DNA of 64,000 nt from Camelus ferus. Lineage: Eukaryota. The translations under genes were made by a program, and so were the position numbers. Positions 52,545-64,000 of the stretch are shown one piece after another. The stretch is taken from NCBI RefSeq assembly GCF_009834535.1, contig NC_045697.1:86244001-86308000 (forward strand), written 5' to 3'. Each line of letters begins with the position of its first letter. Positions within the stretch are counted from its first letter, which is position 1. The notes beneath the pieces were generated by a model that was not told the DNA's origin, did no database searches, and was given only the letters and a program-made list of their open reading frames with translations.

Positions 52545-53935
52545 CCATGCTATTGTTAATCATAAGAATTGGGGAAGATAAAAGATTTTTGTCCAGATTG
52601 GTACTTATTTTTTGTACAATACTCAAATTATGTAAGTATAAAGGTTAGGGAAAAAATACTTTAATGTGTTAGGTAGCCTCAAAGACAGGATAATTTTCTC
52701 ATATACTTTTTATTTTCAAGGAATAGTATGGAAGTCACTTTCCTCATTAAGATGGACCCCAGTTTTTCCAGAGTGGCTAAGGATGATAATCTGAGAAGCC
52801 ATTCCCCAATCATATGCTTCAATGTAAGGTACTAAAAATCCTGACTTCTCTGGGCTAAAGGATTCAGGAATACAGTTACTTTATGGCTTTAAAGCTTATT
52901 TAATGTCAAGAGATTATTTTTTAATGTGTGGCACACCTAGACAGAAATAAATTGTTAATCACAATATTGACTATGATATAGGAGGCACCCTTCCTGAGTA
53001 CTGACTCTTAACAATATCAGAAAGATATTTGTATCCATAATTGAGACCTATATGGGAACAACCAAATGACTATTGAGAATGAATGAACTGACTCTGGGGT
53101 GAGAACCAGATACTTTTGACCATATAGTTAATTTGGATTAAAATATTCACAATGATATGCATCCCATACAGTGGGTTTCTATAGTGTGGGCTCCTTTGAC
53201 AGCAGAGCCTATGGCAAGAATTCTGGTCTTGGTGGTTTATTTCCTCACCCCAGGAAAAAGAGGTGAGGAACAAGAGAGTAAGACAAGGAAAAAAGGAGAA
53301 CCCAATATAGATGGTATTGTAGAAGTCACTGCTATGAGCAATAAGAGATCGGATTCCACCAGCAAGTCCACAGAATGTCTTGAAGACTGGAGGCTGGAAC
53401 ATTTATCCACCAGCTTATGTCCCATATTGTTTGAGGGTTGTGTCTAGGGCTACTAATGCCCCCACACTCTGGGGCTTGTATTTACATGAGGTCAGAGGAT
53501 GTCACCTCCGACAGACCAGGCCCCAGGGCAGAATGTGACAGGAGGGGTGAGTGAACTGTCCACTGAAGCTGCCGCTTGACATTGGAAGCAGGCCAAGGGG
53601 ATGTGACCCAAGCACTGGAAAGATCTGCTGCCGGGGTTCTGTGAGCCGTTGATGGCTCTGCCTCACTGAGCAGTGGGTGACAGCCGTTAGACACCACAGC
53701 TGACAGCTGAGTCTCTTCTCCTCTGCTGTGCACACCTTTTCTTTGGATGTCCCACAGTAGCCACAGTGAGATGTTCACTACGTACTTCTGGCCTCTGCTT
53801 ATGCCCTTCTCAAAAAAAAAAAAACAAAAACAAAAACTTTGATTTCTGACTTTTTGTTGACTAATGTGGACGAAAGTCTTGAGCTTCTTTCAAAGTGTTC
53901 TGTAAAATACTAGTTTCTTACTTATGGCTAGAGGT

Positions 53936-54035
53936 GGGGAGGGTATAGCTCAGTGGTAGAGTCCGTGCTTAGCATGGTTGAGGTTCTGGATTCAATCCCC
54001 AGTACCTCCTTATTTAAAAAGTAGTAAAATAAGTT
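53936..54035 (+). mobile_element. tRNA-Ala-derived SINE (vic-1-like)
   Basis: ggggagggtatagctcagtggtagagtccgtgcttagcatggttgaggttctggattcaatccccagtacctcc + A-rich tail. Confidence 0.92.
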
Positions 54036-54491
54036 TTATTTTTTTAAAAAAATTCTAAAAGATGTGCAGGACTCCATATCCAGCCCTCTCTACTCTGAGA
54101 ATATCCCCAACAGTGTGTCAGCTGTGTTCTTTTTGCTGCAATCAGCCCACTCCATGCCCTGGAAGTGCAGCTATACAGGGATAGGGTTTTAAATTCCTTC
54201 AGGAGAGAATGGTAACTCTCCAGTAGGGATTCAAGCTGAGAATGGATTTAACTCTTTGAGAAGCACCAAAACAATATTTTATGCTCTGATAAGATACAAC
54301 CTAAGCACATTACTATTTAACTATTTCATGTCTATCACTGTGTGGGCTACAGTTGCCTAAAGCTAATGTGAACAAATTTCTAATAGCAATGACTTCTGTG
54401 AACCTCATAAGATTTATATAATTAACACCATTCTTTGACTGTTTGGTGATCTTGAGTAAGGCACAGAATTTTGCTTTTTAGACATCAAGTC

Positions 54492-55194
54492 CATTGGTTC
54501 TCACTGGAGGTAATGTTGCTCCCCTCTCCAAGAGGCTTTTGACAAGCTCTGGAGACGTTTTTGATTGTCATGATGACATCTGGTGGGTAGAGGCCAGGGA
54601 TATAGGTGAGGAAAAAGTGATTTTCCTTCTCTCCTTCTAAGTTCTCTCGGGGCCGCATAACAAAACACAGGTTAACAGAAAAAACAAAGTCAGTTAACAT
54701 GTATACCTATGTATATACAGAAAATGCCCAGGGAAAAATGAGTAACTCTCAGAGGTTTAAATTCAGGCTTAAATTCTATCTTCAGCTAAAGACAAAAGAG
54801 AGATGGTTGTGGGGAAAGCCAGTTATGGGGAGGTGACCAGGAAACCAGGGTAAACGAGAGTAAGGTTTGTTAGATTTAAGTCTGTGCCTTCTCCATGCAT
54901 AAGAGATTCTGGTGATTTAGTCGTCTGGTGCAGAGAGGGAGACACCTTCCATGTGGGGATTTCCTTTGTAAATATATCCTTACAAAAGGGTAATCTTCTC
55001 TGTCTTCATAGTTTCTCCTGTGTCTGCTGTTTATCAAAATAATCAGCTCAAAATAATTATGCCAAAGAGGTGCGTTTTAGAGTGGCATGTTCCGCCCTCC
55101 TTCACTGCTAACGTTCTACAGCTCACAGGACAGCACCCACAACAAGGAATGGTCAGGTCCCCAAGGTCCACATTGCAGAGGCTGAGAAACTTCA
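54492..55194 (+). mobile_element. MER20-like hAT MITE split by an LTR insertion
   Basis: Left half cattggttctca...tctggagacgtttttgattgtca...gggtagaggccaggga; right half ctgctaacgttctacagctcacaggacagc...gaggctgagaaac. Confidence 0.8.
54601..55104 (-). mobile_element. ERV1 solo LTR (MER34/MER39-like)
   Basis: Reverse strand starts tgaagg...aacatgccactctaaaacgcacctctttggcataattattttgagctga; interrupts MER20. Confidence 0.75.
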
Positions 55195-56469
55195 GTCTAG
55201 AAACATTCAAATTTTACTTCTATTGATTTTTCGAAGATTAATACAAATCTCCTTTGTGACTTTACTGACGCCGTTTCACCTTTCGGGGCCTCGGTTTTTT
55301 GTGTCGGTGAGAACGTTGTACTAGATGAGCTCTAAGGTCACCTCCAACCCTGACAATGGGTGATGTTCTGAGTCTGCTCCGTCCATTGCTACGTTGGTCT
55401 CCTTAAGTCTTGACATCCTAAGATTAGCCTGTTATTGGAAAAGTGGAATGTAAATTAGAATTGATTGTTTAACATTTACTCTCAGCCGTAGAAAATTAAT
55501 TATTGAGTTGCTGTTGAGATCACAGTATTACTGATTTAACTCTGTGTGTGATGAATTTTAAAATATGTAAAAGATTAAAGTCACAGCACATTTAAGACAA
55601 GTAAGAAATCATTTTTACTTTCCCAACCTCGTTACCCTTTGGCTGTGCATATCAGTGTGCTCTGTGCATGGTACCAAGACATAGATTCAGAAGGTGCTAG
55701 CATGGAACGGAAGCAGGCTTGGGAGGGCATTGCTCCTGGAGTCTTCGGAACAGCATCCTGGTGGTCTATGTGCACGTATTATGGTGCATTTAGCAAGAAG
55801 GGACCCTGACAAAGCTCAGTGGATCATTTTCCTTCTACCTCACGATGATGCATGTTCCTCAAAAGGAGAAAGAAAACCTGTCCCAGGAAGTGCCATTCAA
55901 TTACTGTAACTAATAGTGTACTAATAGTGTAAATGCAGAGCTTATTTCCTTCTGTTAGAAAACCCTCCAATGAACAAGATCACCTAAGAAAGTGTCCTTG
56001 TAGTTCTTGTTGATAAGATCCAAAATATAGAAGACATAGTAACAAGCCTCATTAAGTCTGTGAATTAGTCCAATATAAGGAAGAGCTAAGAAATAGGACA
56101 AATGGCAGGTCGGAATTGTCTAGCCTGGGATAGCTTCCTTCAATAGCCAAATTCCTCATCATCACACTTACCAGGCTCATGGGGAAGGAAGACCCAGTGC
56201 CTGTATTGCCTTTCCGTTTTCCAAGTCATCATTTCCCCTGCTCCTATGAAGGCCCTTGGAAGTGATGAATGCTCTTGTTGGTGGTTACAGTTTTCACTCC
56301 AACAGTCCTAGCAATGGACCACCACACAAGGAAGTAGCCACTCTGGGTTAACCCAGCCCTGGAGGCACTGCTGCACCTGTGCTGCGCGCTCCTGACTCAT
56401 GCTGGTTTCATAATGCCCGCAGATGAGCTTTAAACTCTCAAGCTGCAGTGTCATGTCTGTGAAATTCTA

Positions 56470-57100
56470 AGATTCCAAAAAGTTTTGACAGAGCCTAATG
56501 CCAAGCCAAAACTCTTAAGATAAATTTTAACAGAGATGAATGTGAAATCTTGCATTTGGACCACCACCACCAGCAACAAAAACCTGACCACATAGAGAAT
56601 GGAGCTCCAGTTTTATGGCAAAACATATGAAAAAGGCATGGACTTGAATCTTAATGTGTCCAAAAAATATGATGAAACAGATTAAAATTCATGCATTAGG
56701 CAGTATAATTAGAAAAATAACTCTCAATATAATGGAGATCAAGAACCTACTGGTCAGATTCACGTCCTGTTCAAGGATTTTCATTTTAATAGGAAGATTG
56801 GAAAAAGGAGAGGTCTTAATACAATATGAAAAGAAGAATTGTAAAGATACTGGGAGGTTTATCCTATAAAGTAGGGGACTATGGGGAGGTATGACAGCTG
56901 TCCCCCATTAGCAGATGCTTCCAGGGGGACACTTGGAAGGGGAACAGCCTATCTGGTTTTGCTTCAGAGAGCAGAACTCTCGACATTAGAAAGGTATAGA
57001 GACGTAGACTTTTTGTCTTAAAATGAATTTTCTAACGATTAAAACTTCTCAGTTATATACTTAATTACTTCACAGAGTGGAAATTCCCTGTTACTAGAAC
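56470..57100 (+). mobile_element. L3/CR1 RT C-terminal and 3' fossil
   Basis: tttaacagagatgaatgtgaaatcttgcatttgga translates FNRDECEILHLD, resembling CR1 FNxxKCKVLHLG; tail ttccctgttactaga. Confidence 0.6.
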
Positions 57101-57234
57101 AGAATAAACAAAGATATTAGCAGAATAAGCAGTCACATATAATATACACAAAGCTCATAAGAACTAATTATAAAGAAACACGGTGATTGTTAGCGTTCAC
57201 CTGTAATTATGACTGCCCCACTTAGAGAACGAAT

Positions 57235-57480
57235 AATAGGGATTAGCTCAGGCTCTGGGGTCAGACTGTGTGGCTTCTAATTCCTCAAGACCCCCTTTAA
57301 TAATTGGATGAGCTTGGAAAAGTTATCTTACCTCTCTGAACTTCAGTTTCCTCATCAGTGACGTGGAGATACCCAAAGTACTTATCTCATAGAGTAGTTT
57401 GAAAATTGATTTAGTTAATATCTATAAGTACATAGAGCTATGCCTGGCACAAATTAATGTTGTATAAGAATAACTATTAG
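57235..57480 (+). mobile_element. MIR
   Basis: ggctctggggtcagactg...ctctctgaacttcagtttcctcatcagtga...tgcctggcaca. Confidence 0.85.
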
Positions 57481-58703
57481 AACATATGACTGAATCCTCT
57501 AGGACAAGCGGATGGATTGCTCAACCATGTCTGTGTGGAGTATCTCTCACCAATTTTCAGGCTGGTTGGAGGAATTCCACCTGCATCTTCATCTGTTTTT
57601 CCACAGCATGACAGATGGCATTCAGATGGAATTCCCTTTTTTTCCTGGGCCAAATTGTAGAATGTGTACTAAATGTTTTCTTGTCCAATTACACAAATTT
57701 ACTGCCTTATTGGCAGTCAAATCCTTGAGGGGTAAGAGCTACTTGGGGCCATGTATATTTTTAGTTAGATTACCAGGTCATAGGACCTCTGGGCAGTGGT
57801 CACCAATTCTGTCTGTTCTGACGGCTAACTGTTTAGAATGCTGTCTCTGACTTAGCAGATCTATATGTTCTTTCAAAATTCGCTAAAATAGTATGAAACA
57901 AAATAGGCTAAGGATAAAGCCCTCATTCTGTTGTTAGTTAATTCAAAGCGATAGAGCTGATAAAATAGTGATGATTTACAAGTAGCTAAAGATGTCTTGT
58001 CTGTACAGCAAACCATAAATTTATTCCTGTAAGAGCCAATTAAGGTGTATTTTTAACTTTTAAGTACCCTACTGGCATTTCCCATTCACTTAAGTCTTCT
58101 CTGTCTTTGTTGGGTCAGCTCTTCTCTTTTAAGGTACAGATTTTCTTATGAATTATTCTACTCCATTATTAAGCTATATCAATAATACTTAAAAGCTGCA
58201 TATATCCCACAATATTTATTTCCTTTACCCTGAGATACTAAAACACCGAGATTCTGATGCAGCTCTCTTTTATCATCTCTCCAAATGAGGTGACATTATT
58301 GACACTTCATTTGGACTTTGTTAGTAAATGTTCCCCCAAACATGATGGATGAACAGGAGATGCTGAATCAAGAGGCTGCTGAAGGCTAAGCTGCCAAAAG
58401 TATCAGACCTTATTGGCAGTTGGCACCTGATATAGTGAGGGTGGAGGTGATGAACTGAATGGGACCAGGTATAAGCTTTCTAAGCTATTTGTAAACAAGT
58501 TGATCAGTGTCATCTCCCTAACTTCTTTGAATCTTTGTGACTTACAGGTAATCTTGAAGCAAAAAAAAAAAAAAAAAAAAAATGTGGCTATAACCTTGCA
58601 CCAATGTTTTGTCAGTGTTAATCATTAACCTTCCCACTTAGAATCTCAGGAGAGTTTTTATAAAAGACTATATATTAAATTGGGACAAAAGCAGATATCA
58701 GTC

Positions 58704-58916
58704 CAGTGGTATGCTAGTAAATGTTTAGCAACCAGCTCTTTGAGAAAAACAATTTTTGAGAAGCCCTGACTTCTAGCTTTTGCTGGTTGCTGTGATAAAT
58801 ACTCCCATGATGGCGGATTTCAAGCTACATGACATGACTGAATATGGAGTTGGGAAGAGGTGTTGCCCAGTCAGCCCTGGTGAGCTGTATCAACAGCTGA
58901 AAAATGCAAGTCATTG
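58704..58916 (+). mobile_element. hAT MITE (MER63-like)
   Basis: cagtggtatgctagtaaatgtttagcaaccagctct...aaatactcccatgatggcggatttcaagctac...ggagttgggaagag. Confidence 0.7.
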
Positions 58917-59243
58917 GGTATCATTCCAGGTCTTATCAGGAAACATTAAACATTATTTGGGGACCAGTGAGACATACTTTCAAATTATGACTTTAAGTCA
59001 AAATAATAATTTTCCTAATATATGGTATCATGTCTGAATAGATAAGCCACTATATCAGATTAATATCAGGTTGCTAAAGGCTCTGGAGTAAGATGGCCTA
59101 GGGTTTGGGTCCTGGCTTTATTGCCTGCTAGTGTGTAATCTTGAGTAAGTCACTCAACCTCTCTAAGACTAGTTTAAACATAATTATTATGGACTTAGCA
59201 CAGCACACAAGTAAGCAGTTGGAAGAATGTATTTTGTGCAGGA

Positions 59244-59733
59244 TGTATTGGTCAGTGTTCTCCAGAGAAATAGAACCAATAAGATATATGTGCATAGATA
59301 CATTATGAGAAGATTTATTATAGGATTTGACTCACAGAATTATGGAGGCTGAAAGGTCCCATGATCTGCCTTCTGCAAGCTGGAGAACCAAGAGAGCTGG
59401 TAGTATCATTTAGTCCAAATCCAAAGGCCTGAGAATTGGGGGAGTTGGAGGTGATGGCGTAAGTGCTGGTCTGGGTCCCAAAGACTGAGAAGCAAGAGCA
59501 CAGATGTCTGAGGACAGGAGAAGATGGATGTTCCAGCCCAAGCAGAGAGAGGGCATTTGTCCTCCTTTTTGTTCTGTTTGGGCCCTCAACCGATTGGATG
59601 ATGCCCACCTGCGCTGGTGAGGTTCATCTTCTTCCCTCAGTCTGATTTAGTGATACAACCAGAAATGATGTTTTATCAGCTGTCTGGGCATCCCTTAGCC
59701 CAGTTAAATTGACACGTAAAATTAATCATCACA
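59244..59733 (-). mobile_element. ERVL solo LTR (MLT2-like)
   Basis: tgtattggtcagtgttctccagagaaatagaacc...ttgacacgtaaaattaatcatcaca; 5-bp TSD cagga/gagga. Confidence 0.88.
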
Positions 59734-60109
59734 GAGGACCAGTCTGAGACTATTTCAAGTTTACAAAACTCATCTTGAAAAAATTGACAGCTCTAGGCTC
59801 TGTCCTTCCTAATCTCTCTTCTCTGTCTGTTCTAGGATCCTTTCCTAGAAATATTCCTCAAATCATCCACTCTACTCCAACTCTGAGTCTTTCTCCAAAA
59901 TAGTCAATCAAAAACCTTACAAGTTTAAAAGTGTTTAAATTCCATAAATGCATTTCCTGAAAGTTTTCATGCTACTTCTATTGTTGTATTACTATAATCA
60001 CACTGTAGTCATAAGAACAAATGATTTTTCTTCATGTGCCTTTCCCCTAGTTTGTTACATTGCCATAAATTACTCATGGTTATAGTAAAAAATGAACCCT
60101 CTTTATTTT

Positions 60110-63040
60110 TTAATTCTTAATTATTTTTCCACTTTTTTTGAGAAATAACTGACATACATCACTGTAAAATTTAAGGTGTACAGCCCAATGGTTTGACTTC
60201 CATGTATTGTGAAATGATTATAGCAATAGATTCAGCTAACATCCATCATCTCATAGATACAATATAAAGAAAAGAAAGAAGAAAAGAAAAAAACCTTTTC
60301 TTCTTGTGATGAGAACTCAGGATCTATTCTCTTATCAATTCCCCTATATATTATACAATAGTTTTAACTATAGTCATTATGTTGCACATTACATCCCTAT
60401 AATGTACTGTAAGTACTTATTTATCTTATAACTGGAAATTTGTACCTTTTGACCACCTTTCTCCAATTCTCCCTTCCCCACCTTCCATCTGTGGTAATCT
60501 GCTGTCTTTTCCTATGAGTTTGTTTGTCTTTTTGTTTGTTTGTTTTTAGATTCCACATTTAAGCAAGATCATACAGTATTTGTTTTTCTCTAACTTATTT
60601 CACTTAGCATAATACTTTCAAGATCTATCCATGTTGTTGAAAATGATAGGACTTTCTCATTTTTTGTGGCTGAATAATTTTTCATTAAAAATATGTATAC
60701 CACATCTTCTTTATTTATTCATCCATCAATACACACTTAGGTTGTTTCCATGTTTTGGCTATTATAAATAATGCTGCTATGAACATGGGGATGCAGATAT
60801 CTTTTCCAGTTACTGTTTTTGTTTCCTTTGGATACATTCCCAGAAGTAGAAGTAGAATTGCTGGATCCTATGTATGAATCATATGATATTTCGTTGTGTT
60901 TTTTTGAGGTTTTTTTTTTATATAGTATTTCTATTTTTAATTTTTTGACAATCCTCCAAACTGTTTTCCATAGTGGCTGTACCAATTTACAGTCCTACAA
61001 AGAGTGCACAAAAACTCCCTTTTCGTCACATCCATGCTAGCATAAGTTATCCCATTTTTTTTTTTTTTTAATGATGGCCATTCTAACAGGCATGAGGTGA
61101 TACCTCATTGTGGTAATTTGCACTTCCCTAGTAGTCATGCTATTGGGTTTTATGTGTTCTTCATATACTTTGGTATTAATCTCTCATCAGACATATGGTT
61201 TGAAAATATTTTTTTCCCATTTCATAGGTTCTTTTCTCACTTTGTTGATGGTTTCTTTTGCTGTGCAAAGCTTTTAGTTTGATGTAGTCCCACTTGTTTA
61301 ATTTTGGTTACTTGTGCTTTAGGTGTCATATCTAAAATATAATTTCCAAGGCCTAAGTCAAGGAGCTTTATTACTATATTTTCTTCTAGAAGTTTCATGG
61401 TTTCAGGTCTTATATTTAAGTCTTTAGCATAGTTTAAGCTTAATTTTTTGTGAATGATATAAGATAGGGGCCAGTTTCATTCTTTTATATGTGAATATTC
61501 CAATTATCCCATCACCATTTATTGAAGAGATTGTCTTTTTTCCACTGAGTATTCTTGGCTCTCTAGTCAAATATTAGTTAACTGTATAAGCTTGGGTTTA
61601 TTTCCAGGCTCTTGATTCTTTTCCATTGGCTTATTTGTCTGTTTTTATGCCAGTACCACACTGTTTTGATGACTATAGCATTATAATATCATTTGAAATC
61701 AGGAAATGTGATGCCTCCTGCTTTCTTCTTTCTCAGGATTTCTTTGGCTATTCAGGGTCTTTTGTGTTTCCATACATTAAATTTTGGAGTGTTTTTTTCC
61801 TCCTTCTGTAAAAAATGCCAATGGAATTGTCATAGGGATTTTATTGAATCTATAGATGGCTTTTGATAATATTGACATTTTAACAATATTATGTCTTCCA
61901 ATGCATGAGTAAGAGTTACCTTTCCATTTATTTTTTATTAATTTCTTTCACAATGTCTTGAAGTTTTTGGAGTAGAGATCTTTCACCTCTTTGGTCAAAT
62001 TTATTTCTAAGTATTTTTACTGTTTTTGATGCTATTGTAAACGGTATCAATTTATTTATTTTTCAGAAAATTCATTGCTTGTGTAAAGAAATGGTACTGA
62101 TTTTTGTATGTTAATTTTGTATCCTACAACTTTACTGAATTCACTGGTTAAATCTAACTGTATTTTGGGTGAGTCTAGGTTTTTCTATGTATAAAATCTT
62201 GTCACCTGCAAATATAGTCAGTTTTACTTCTTCCTATCTAATTCTGATAACTTTTATTTCTTTTTTTTTTTTTTTTTTTTGGCCTGGTTGCTCTAGCTAG
62301 GACTTTCAGTGCTCTATTGAATAGGAGTGATGCAAATGGGCACACTTGTCTTGTTCCTGATCTTAGAGGAAAAGCTTTCAACTTTTCCCCGTTAATTATG
62401 ATGTTAGCTATGAGTTTGTCATATATGTCCTTTATTATGTTGAGATGTAGTTCTTCTATGCCTAATTTATTAAAAGTTTTTATTATAAATGGATGTTGAA
62501 TTCTGTCAAAGCTTTTTCTGTGTCTATTGAGATGATCATATGATTCTTTTATTTCATTCTATTAATATGATGTATTACATTGATTGATTTGTATATGTTG
62601 AATCATCCTTGCATCCCAGGGATACATGTCACTTGATCATGGTGAATGATTTTTAATGTGCTGCTGAATTCTATTTGCTAGCATTTTATTGAGGATATCT
62701 GCATCTATATTCATCATTGATATTGACCTGCAGTTTTCTTTCCTAGTAGTGTCCTTTTATGGTTTTGGTATCAGGATAATGTTAACCTCATAAAATGAGT
62801 TTGAGAGTATTTCCTCTTTTTTGATTTTTTGGGAGCGCTTGAGAAGGATTGGTGTTAATTCTTCTTTAAATACTTGGTAAAATTCACCAGTGAACCTATT
62901 TGGCCCTGGGCTTTTCTTTGTTGGGAAATTTTTGAATCTCCTTACTAGTAATTGGTCTTTTCCAATTTTCTATTTCTTTCTGATTCAGTCTTGGTAAGTT
63001 GTATGTTTCTAAGACTCTTTTAATTTCTTCCAGGTTGTCT
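60110..63040 (-). mobile_element. ~2.9 kb 5'-truncated, decayed L1 (3' UTR plus ORF2 RT/C-terminal part)
   Basis: [17 protein letters not shown] in ORF 60737..60985(-); continuous reverse-L1 motifs (cttgtcttgttcctgatcttagaggaaaagctttca, aattcaccagtgaacc); many stops and frameshifts. Confidence 0.95.
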
Positions 63041-63169
63041 GAAATGCCTTTATTTAAGCATGCATCTCTTTAAGAAAACCCAATACAGATAATTAAAATT
63101 AAATAAATTTGAGTGATTATTTGCTGTACAAAATATATTCATTTTAATGAAACTGGTTCTTTAAATATC

Positions 63170-63290
63170 TAGCTTATTCATTAAGTAAACAATTATTGAG
63201 TACTGTTAGTGTCAGCCATTATTCTTATGCTACAAAAAGTGTTGAATGAGAAAAACATGGTTCCTACCCTCATGGAATATACTATCTAAA
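63170..63290 (-). mobile_element. L2 3' end
   Basis: ttattcattaagtaaacaattattgagtact...aaaaacatggttcctaccctcatggaatatactatcta. Confidence 0.6.
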
Positions 63291-64000
63291 CTTTATGTGC
63301 ATTTAAAATAAAACTTACTTAAAAAGAAATTACTTCAGGAACGTATCTATTGAAAAAACCCAAAATATATAGTGGATATAAACCTTAGGCCACAAATTCA
63401 ATTGTGCAAGACTTTGACTGTATTTAGTTTCAATTATTCAACCAACTTTCTATTTTAACCCTTAATTCCACTTAGATAGCAGCACGTTAACCTTGTCAAC
63501 TCATTGTTCCCCATACCCCCTTCACAAGAGAAGGGGTGGTCTCAGTTTGAGGGCCTTCACAATGCCAGGACATGGGAGATGGCACAATCTGGGACATCCA
63601 GGTCACCACTGAAATGCTTTCTTCATTTCCTGTTCCCCTGAAAAATTATCAGGACCATCAGATGCTAAATCACACTAGATAACACTAGATAACAATTTGA
63701 AGATGCAGAAATATTTCTGCTGCTGTGTTGCCATGTGAGGCATGGAAGTTTCTATAAAGCTGTCCATGACCCATGAACCTGGAAGCTCATGCATTCATTC
63801 CTTATCTGGGTTTTTCTGCTGCAACCCTGGACTCTGCCCTAGAAGGAAATGGATCTTTTTTTTGGCCTATATTCTAGTCTATGATACTCTCCCTCCTCCC
63901 TTCTTCCCCAAACATACACATATTCACACACTTGGCAAGGAAAATATGATCTTCTTGAAAATGAGATAATACCTCAAAAGGGAAAAAAATTTAGCTAATA

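Noticed and set aside
53936..54012. tRNA-Ala(AGC)-like genes (also 11325-11398 and 47375-47447)
   Set aside because: Stem-breaking substitutions, extra 5' bases and A-rich SINE tails; these are tRNA-derived SINE copies, not tRNA genes
1..64000. CRISPR array, operon or prokaryote-type defence system
   Set aside because: No regularly spaced repeat-spacer structure and no dense long ORFs; the sequence is repeat-rich mammalian DNA

Overview
Mammalian nuclear DNA, most likely from a camelid (alpaca, llama or camel). This is inferred from three tRNA-Ala(AGC)-derived SINEs resembling the camelid vic-1 family and from artiodactyl-type L1 3' ends. The window is AT-rich, CpG-poor and intronic or intergenic. 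It is dominated by interspersed repeats: L1, L2, L3/CR1, MIR, MaLR/ERVL and ERV1 LTRs, hAT DNA transposons and microsatellites. I cannot support any protein-coding gene, RNA gene or CRISPR-like system; the listed ORFs look like chance or repeat-derived frames. Five observations stand out. (1) A CpG-retaining promoter-like module at ~29.4-29.95 kb, built on an old LTR16-like element, with paired MYB sites, an octamer, three CCAAT boxes and a splice donor. (2) An ERV env-tail/U3-R fragment at 5.6-6.35 kb flanked by a perfect 15-bp duplication, apparently an L1-mobilised ERV transcript. (3) A strong minus-strand bias of L1 copies, suggesting a + strand host transcript. (4) A candidate 97-nt exon overlapping a CTCF-like site at ~41.6 kb. 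(5) A possible BED-zinc-finger hAT fossil at ~38.8 kb. Repeat family names come from recalled consensus similarity, not a database search. Boundaries are approximate unless a target-site duplication (TSD) is quoted.
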